DNA of 64,000 bases. Origin: an uncultured Gemmatimonadales bacterium. Lineage in GTDB: Bacteria; Gemmatimonadota; Gemmatimonadetes; Longimicrobiales; RSA9. This document shows positions 58,669-64,000 of the stretch, piece after piece; position 1 is the stretch's first letter; every line of letters begins with the position of its first letter. A program made the translations under genes and the position numbers. The DNA is taken from contig CAVUKA010000001.1 in the NCBI GenBank assembly GCA_963741945.1, forward strand, positions 128,001 through 192,000. The letters run 5' to 3'. The notes under the pieces are model-generated. The model saw nothing but the letters and a program-made list of their open reading frames with translations, ran no database searches and was not told the DNA's origin.

Positions 58669-61600
58669 ATGACCAGGAGTCACTGGCGTACGGCTCTGTT
58701 CGCCATGCTCGCGTTCCCGGCGGCGCTGTTTGCGCAGGACCGGGGCTCGATCGCGGGTGTGGTGACGGCCGAGGACACGAATGAGCCCCTGCAGGGGGTT
58801 CAGATCCAGCTGAAGGGAACGGGTCAGGGAACACTGACCAACCAGACGGGTGGGTTCCTGTTGACGAACGTCCCCGTGGGCGAGCAGACGCTGCAGTTCA
58901 CGTCCATCGGGTATGCGACGGTGTCGCGGACGGTGACGGTGGAGTCCGGCGCCACGTCGACGGTGCGTGTGTCGATGGCGACGGACGTGCTGGGCCTGGA
59001 CGAGATCGTGGTGGTCGGGTACGGGAAGGAGAAGCGGCGGAACGTGACGGGGGCGATCTCGAGCGTGTCGCCATCGGAGATCTCCGAGCAGATCCCGGCG
59101 CCGAACGTGGAGAACGTGCTGCAGGGCCGTGTGGCGGGGGTGCAGGTGGTGCAGAACTCGGGCAGCCCGGGTTCGGCCATGACGATCCGGGTGCGCGGCA
59201 CGGCATCGATCACGGCGGGCAACCAGCCGCTGTACGTGGTGGACGGCGTGCCGATGATCCAGGGCAACTTCTCGACGCTGGACAACCTGTACGGCGGTCA
59301 GGGGATCGATGCGCTGGCGGATCTGAACCCGAACGAGATCGAATCGGTGGAGGTCCTGAAGGATGCGTCGGCGGCGGCGATCTACGGGTCGCGCGCGTCG
59401 AACGGTGTGGTGCTGATCACCACGAAGAAGGGCGTGGTGGCGGACCGTCCGAAAGTGCAGTACAGCGCGTACTACGGGCAGCAGGAGGCCTGGCGGATCC
59501 CGGGCTTCACGAACGCCGTGCAGTACATGGACGTGACGAACGAGGGGTACGCCGCGTACGTGCAGCAGGCGTACGGCATGACGATCCCGGACTTCTTCGA
59601 CTGGGGTTATGGCGTTCCCGGGATCGACGCCTACATGAGCTACGACAACGACAACGTCAACAGCTGGTACGAGATCCCGGCGGGGACGGATACCGACTGG
59701 CTGCGTGCCATGCTGCAGACGGCGCCGGTATCGAACATGTCCGGCTCCATCGCGGGTGGTAACGAGAAGGCGCGCTACTACATCTCCGGGACCTGGTTCA
59801 ACCAGGACGGGATCGTCCAGGGGTTCGGGTACAACCGGGTGAACGGCCGGATCAACCTGGACTACAGCGTGACGGACGCGGTCACGCTGGGGACCAACGT
59901 GGCGCTGACGCACGCGGTGACGGACCGGATGGCGAGCGACAACACCATTTACGGCCCGTTCTCCAACGCCATCGCCAACGCGCCCATCGATCCGATCTAC
60001 GCGAATCCGGAGAAGACGGAGTTCAACTACAACACGTCGTACGCGAACCCGGTGGCGCTTGCGAACAAGAACTCCGCGGAAGAGCGCAACGTCCGAATCC
60101 TGGGCAACGCGTTCGCCGACTGGAACTTCATGCAGGGGCTGGACGCGAAGGTGAGCGTGGGGCTGGACCATTACGCGCTGCGCTCGCGCTCCTACGACTC
60201 GCCGGAGGTGGGTCCTGCCACGGGCTCGAACGGCCAGGCGTACGCGGGCAACTCCTTCGCCAGCAAGCTGGTGACGGAAGCCACGGTGAACTGGATCCGT
60301 GACCTGGCGGAGAACCACAGCTTCTCCGGCGTCGTCGGGACATCGTACGAGCAGAACACCACGGAGACGGACTGGGTGACGGGGACGAACTTCCCGTCCA
60401 GCGCGTTCCGCTATCTCACGTCGGCGGCGAGCATCACGGGCGGCAGCTCGAGCCTCACCGACTGGTACCTGCTCTCCTTCTTCGGCCGCGCGTCGTACAC
60501 GTTCGCGGACCGGCTGACGGCCACGTTCAACATCCGGACGGACGGCTCCTCGCGCTTCGGCGCGAACAACCGCTATGGCGTGTTCCCTTCGGGCTCGCTG
60601 CTGTGGCGCGTGACGGACGAGCCGTTCATGGGGGACCAGACGCTGCTGAGCAACCTGGCGCTGCGCGTGAGCTACGGGCGCACGGGGAACCAGCAGGGGA
60701 TCGGCAACTTCGCGTCTTGGGGGCTGGTGGGCACCGGCTACAACTACGAGGACACGCCGGGGACGGCGCCGGCGCAGCTGGCGAACCCGGACCTGAGCTG
60801 GGAGAAGACCACACAGTTCAACGTGGGCGGCGATGTCGCCTTCCTGAACGGGCGGCTGGGCTTCAGCGCCGATTACTACATCAAGAACACGACGGACCTG
60901 CTGCTGGACCGGCCGATCCCGTATTCCACGGGCTTCGCGCTGATCACGCAGAACATCGGTGCGGTGAACAACAAGGGCGTGGAGCTGACGGCCACGGCCA
61001 AGCTGGCGCAGGGACCCGCGCGCGGCTTCAACTGGACGGCCGAGATGAACGTGAGCGCCAACCGCAACGAGGTGACGGCGCTGTACGGAGACAACCCGCT
61101 CAACTACGGCTTCGTCAGCCGCGTCGAGGTGGGGCAGCCGCTGGGCGTGTTCTACGGCTACGTCACCGACGGTCTGTTCCAGGCCGATGCCGAGGCGTGC
61201 CACGACCCCACGGGCGCGACGTGCGCCGGGACGGGGACGGGGTACCAGAGCTACTACACCACCGCCGGCGACATCCGCTTCAAGGACCTGAACGGTGATG
61301 GTTTGATCACGTCCGAGGACCGGGCCGTGATCGGCTCGCCGTGGCCCGACTTCCAGGGCGGCTTCACCAACACAATGTCGTTCGGGGGCTTCGACCTGAA
61401 CGCCTTCTTCCAGTTCTCGAAGGGGAACGACATCTACAACGCCACCCGGATCTACACCGACCAGTTCGGTGGGTACTGGGACAACAACTCGGATCGCGCG
61501 CTGGACCGGTGGACGCCGGAGCACACGGACACGAATCAGCCCCGGGCGATCTGGTACGACCTGCCCAACAACGCGCGGGACTCCGACCGGTTCGTGGAGG

Positions 61601-61848
61601 ACGGCTCGTACGTCCGGCTGAAGAACCTGGTACTCGGCTACACGCTGCCGAATGAGGTGGCGGGGAAGCTGGGCTTCAGCCAGTTCCGCCTCTACGTCCA
61701 GGGGCAGAACCTGATGACGTGGACCAACTACAGCGGCTTCGACCCCGAGGTGAACTACGCGGGCGATGCCAACGTCACGCGGGGCACGGACTTCTACACG
61801 CTGCCACAGGCCCGGACGCTGTCCTTCGGCGTCAATCTCGGGCTGTGA
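58669..61848 (+). CDS. susC: SusC/RagA-family TonB-dependent transporter
   Basis: LDEIVVVGYG, PLYVVDG, IESVEVLKDASAAAIYGSRASNGVVLITTK, ANPDLSWE, FDPE. Confidence 0.97.
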   Translation: MTRSHWRTALFAMLAFPAALFAQDRGSIAGVVTAEDTNEPLQGVQIQLKGTGQGTLTNQTGGFLLTNVPVGEQTLQFTSIGYATVSRTVTVESGATSTVRVSMATDVLGLDEIVVVGYGKEKRRNVTGAISSVSPSEISEQIPAPNVENVLQGRVAGVQVVQNSGSPGSAMTIRVRGTASITAGNQPLYVVDGVPMIQGNFSTLDNLYGGQGIDALADLNPNEIESVEVLKDASAAAIYGSRASNGVVLITTKKGVVADRPKVQYSAYYGQQEAWRIPGFTNAVQYMDVTNEGYAAYVQQAYGMTIPDFFDWGYGVPGIDAYMSYDNDNVNSWYEIPAGTDTDWLRAMLQTAPVSNMSGSIAGGNEKARYYISGTWFNQDGIVQGFGYNRVNGRINLDYSVTDAVTLGTNVALTHAVTDRMASDNTIYGPFSNAIANAPIDPIYANPEKTEFNYNTSYANPVALANKNSAEERNVRILGNAFADWNFMQGLDAKVSVGLDHYALRSRSYDSPEVGPATGSNGQAYAGNSFASKLVTEATVNWIRDLAENHSFSGVVGTSYEQNTTETDWVTGTNFPSSAFRYLTSAASITGGSSSLTDWYLLSFFGRASYTFADRLTATFNIRTDGSSRFGANNRYGVFPSGSLLWRVTDEPFMGDQTLLSNLALRVSYGRTGNQQGIGNFASWGLVGTGYNYEDTPGTAPAQLANPDLSWEKTTQFNVGGDVAFLNGRLGFSADYYIKNTTDLLLDRPIPYSTGFALITQNIGAVNNKGVELTATAKLAQGPARGFNWTAEMNVSANRNEVTALYGDNPLNYGFVSRVEVGQPLGVFYGYVTDGLFQADAEACHDPTGATCAGTGTGYQSYYTTAGDIRFKDLNGDGLITSEDRAVIGSPWPDFQGGFTNTMSFGGFDLNAFFQFSKGNDIYNATRIYTDQFGGYWDNNSDRALDRWTPEHTDTNQPRAIWYDLPNNARDSDRFVEDGSYVRLKNLVLGYTLPNEVAGKLGFSQFRLYVQGQNLMTWTNYSGFDPEVNYAGDANVTRGTDFYTLPQARTLSFGVNLGL

Positions 61849-61859
61849 GGAGAAGGCAT

Positions 61860-63197
61860 ATGAGACACCGTACAATGGCATGGATCGCCGCCCTCGGCCT
61901 GCTGGCTGGCGCGTGCGATAGCCCGCTGGATGTGACGCCGCGGGCGTCGGTGAAGGAGGAGGAGGCGTACGACGAGCCGGCGGAGCTGAACATCGCCGTG
62001 ATGGGACTGTACGACGGCCTTCAGGACGCGGACGGCGCCTACGGGCGCAACACCGTGGTCTACCCGGACCTGTACGCGGACGCGCTGGACTTCACCGGCA
62101 CGTACCAGACTGACCGGGAGGTCGACCAGCACACGGTCACGGCGGAAAACGTGGCCGTGGAGGAGATCTGGGCCGACTTCTACGACGTGGTGAACCGGGC
62201 CAACAACGTGCTCGCCGCGGCGCCGGCGCTGGCCGATGAAGCCGGGCAGGACGACGTGGACGGCTGGATGGCGCAGGCGCGCTTCGCCCGGGCGCTGGCC
62301 TACTTCAACCTGGTGCGCTTCTTCGGCGGCGTGCCGCTGGTGCTGGATCCCACGTGGGACCTGGGAGGCGACTTCCAGCCCGCGCGGGCCACGGCGGCCC
62401 AGGTCTACGCCCAGATCGAGACGGACCTGACGGGCGCCATCCCGGCGCTGCCGACCTCCGGCTCCAGCTACACCGCCACGACGTGGGCGGCGGAGATGCT
62501 GCTGGCGAAGACGGAGATGGAGCAGGGCGACTACGCGTCGGCGCTGACGCACGTGGGCGATGTCATCGACCGCGGGCCGTTCGGCCTGCCGGCGAACTAC
62601 GCCGACGTGTTCAGCGTGAGGGACAACGACGAGATGGTCTTCGCCCTCCACTACACGGTGAACGACAACAACAACCTGGCGTTCTGGTTCTTCGCCGAAG
62701 GCTATGGCGGCCGCTGGGGCTTCGCCCCGAGCAGCGCGCTGGAGAACGCCTACGAGGGGAACGAGCGCTATGATGCCTCCATCGCCTACGACAACTACTA
62801 CGGCGAGGTCTTCGGCACCAAGTTCCACCGCATCGCCGCAGGTGACGACGACGTGCCGGTCCTCCGGCTCGCCGACGCCTACCTGATGCGCGCGGAGGCG
62901 AACCTGTTCGAGGGCGCCACGGCGGCCACCGTCCTCGATGACATCAACGTGGTGCGCCAGCGTGCCGGCCTGGCCGGCCTGGACGCCGGCACGGTGAACA
63001 CCCAGGCGCAGCTCGTCGGCGCCATCGCACACGAGCGATTCGTCGAGCTGGCCATGGAAGGGCACCGCTTCTTCGACCTGCGACGCCTCGGCCTGGCCGA
63101 GAGCACCCTGGGACTGGACGCGACCCAGCTCCTGTTCCCGGTGCCGCAGCGGGAGATCGATGTGAACCCGAACCTGGTGCAGAACCCGGGCTACTGA
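61860..63197 (+). CDS. susD: SusD/RagB-family lipoprotein
   Basis: Lipobox AGAC; YFNLVRFFGGVP, RLADAYLMRAEA, ERFVELAMEGHRFFDL, QNPGY. Confidence 0.95.
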   Translation: MRHRTMAWIAALGLLAGACDSPLDVTPRASVKEEEAYDEPAELNIAVMGLYDGLQDADGAYGRNTVVYPDLYADALDFTGTYQTDREVDQHTVTAENVAVEEIWADFYDVVNRANNVLAAAPALADEAGQDDVDGWMAQARFARALAYFNLVRFFGGVPLVLDPTWDLGGDFQPARATAAQVYAQIETDLTGAIPALPTSGSSYTATTWAAEMLLAKTEMEQGDYASALTHVGDVIDRGPFGLPANYADVFSVRDNDEMVFALHYTVNDNNNLAFWFFAEGYGGRWGFAPSSALENAYEGNERYDASIAYDNYYGEVFGTKFHRIAAGDDDVPVLRLADAYLMRAEANLFEGATAATVLDDINVVRQRAGLAGLDAGTVNTQAQLVGAIAHERFVELAMEGHRFFDLRRLGLAESTLGLDATQLLFPVPQREIDVNPNLVQNPGY

Positions 63198-63214
63198 CCG
63201 GACGCCAGTGAAGC

Positions 63215-63253
63215 CCACGGCCCCGCCCCGCCTCGCGTGGAGCGGGGCCGTGG
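63215..63253. terminator. GC-rich hairpin between convergent susD and peptidase genes
   Basis: CCACGGCCCCGC ... GCGGGGCCGTGG 12-bp stem. Confidence 0.6.
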
Positions 63254-63266
63254 TGCATCTCGCCCG

Positions 63267-64000
63267 CTAGTGAGGCCCGGCCTGGCTCCCCTGCGGCGTC
63301 TCCGGCGCGTCGCCGGGGATCGGGACGTCGGTCCCGTATACCCACTTCTCGAACCACTGCCAGTTGTGCCAGAGCGCAGCGAGACGCTCCTTCGGGCGCG
63401 GGATGCCGTGGGTGTCCGCCTTGTAGATGATCAGCCGCACCGGCACCCCCTGGTCCTGCAGCCCCTGGTAGAGCTCGAAGGCGTCGGCGACGGGGACGCG
63501 GGGGTCCCCGGAGTCGTGCTGGATGAGCGTGGGCGTCGTCGCCTGCTTGATGTACGTGATGGGCGACGTCTTCCGGTAGATCTCCGGGTCGTCCCACGGC
63601 GTGGCCTTCAGGTACTGGCGCGTGAACGGGTGGATGTCGGTGTTCACGTAGTACGTCAGCCAGTCGGAGATGCCGGCGCCGACGGAGATGGCGGCGAAGC
63701 GCCGGGTGGTGGTGGTGAGGAACGCGGAGATGTAGCCGCCCTCGCTCCAGCCCATGGAGCCCATCCGCGTGGTGTCCACGATGCCCTGCGCCACCAGGTG
63801 GTCCACGCCGGACAGCACGTCCCACGCGTCGCCGACGCCGAGGTTGCGGACGTTCAGCGCCCGGAACACCGCGCCGTATCCGGCCGACCCGCGGTAGTTG
63901 GGCTGGAGGATCAGGGCGCCGCGGGCGAGCCACTGCAGCGCGGGATAGACGGACCCGGTCAGCGGCTCCGGGTAATCGTGGCCCGTGGGCCCGCCGTGGA
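63267..64000 (-). CDS. S9 (prolyl oligopeptidase family) peptidase, 5' partial
   Basis: HGGP, PNYRGS.GYG, GWSEGG nucleophile, D.RVP and DTHG. Confidence 0.93.
   Translation of the reverse strand, partial: HGGPTGHDYPEPLTGSVYPALQWLARGALILQPNYRGSAGYGAVFRALNVRNLGVGDAWDVLSGVDHLVAQGIVDTTRMGSMGWSEGGYISAFLTTTTRRFAAISVGAGISDWLTYYVNTDIHPFTRQYLKATPWDDPEIYRKTSPITYIKQATTPTLIQHDSGDPRVPVADAFELYQGLQDQGVPVRLIIYKADTHGIPRPKERLAALWHNWQWFEKWVYGTDVPIPGDAPETPQGSQAGPH

Noticed and set aside
58225-61881. 1218-aa minus-strand ORF
   Set aside because: Antisense shadow of susC.

Overview
High-GC bacterial chromosomal window. SusC/SusD together with the overall gene style suggests Gemmatimonadota (inference only). No rRNA, tRNA, CRISPR array, integrase or transposase was seen. 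Left to right: the end of a LolCDE/MacB-type ABC operon; a LysE exporter; an anaerobic-type beta-oxidation operon (fadB-fadA-acyl-CoA dehydrogenase-FadF/EMO-like Fe-S membrane protein-etfBA) with a TetR-type palindrome upstream; two fasciclin genes divergent from a CarH-like B12 photoreceptor; a PA2779-like precursor next to a C39 peptidase-TPR-POTRA-beta-barrel fusion; an envelope/stress island (L,D-transpeptidase, small membrane proteins, two NarL-type regulators, AI-2E, Mla/PqiC ABC, CheB-CheR-PAS-kinase, TetR, MscS, OmpA, Usp, MntH); an eroding sugar/stress block (gap, P-type ATPase remnant, internally deleted pfkB, beta-PGM-OtsB, GH65 remnant); a SatP-like channel; a YncD-like TonB receptor; a complex-I-like operon; glgC-glgM; susCD; and a partial S9 peptidase. 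The two best candidates for undescribed systems are (1) the nuoA-[B/D]-H-J-K-L-M-N operon, which has no Fe-S ligands or electron-input module but has strongly Met-rich A/J/K helices, and (2) the C39-POTRA-barrel protein with its putative Gly-Gly precursor. All family calls come from motif recognition by eye; no searches were run.
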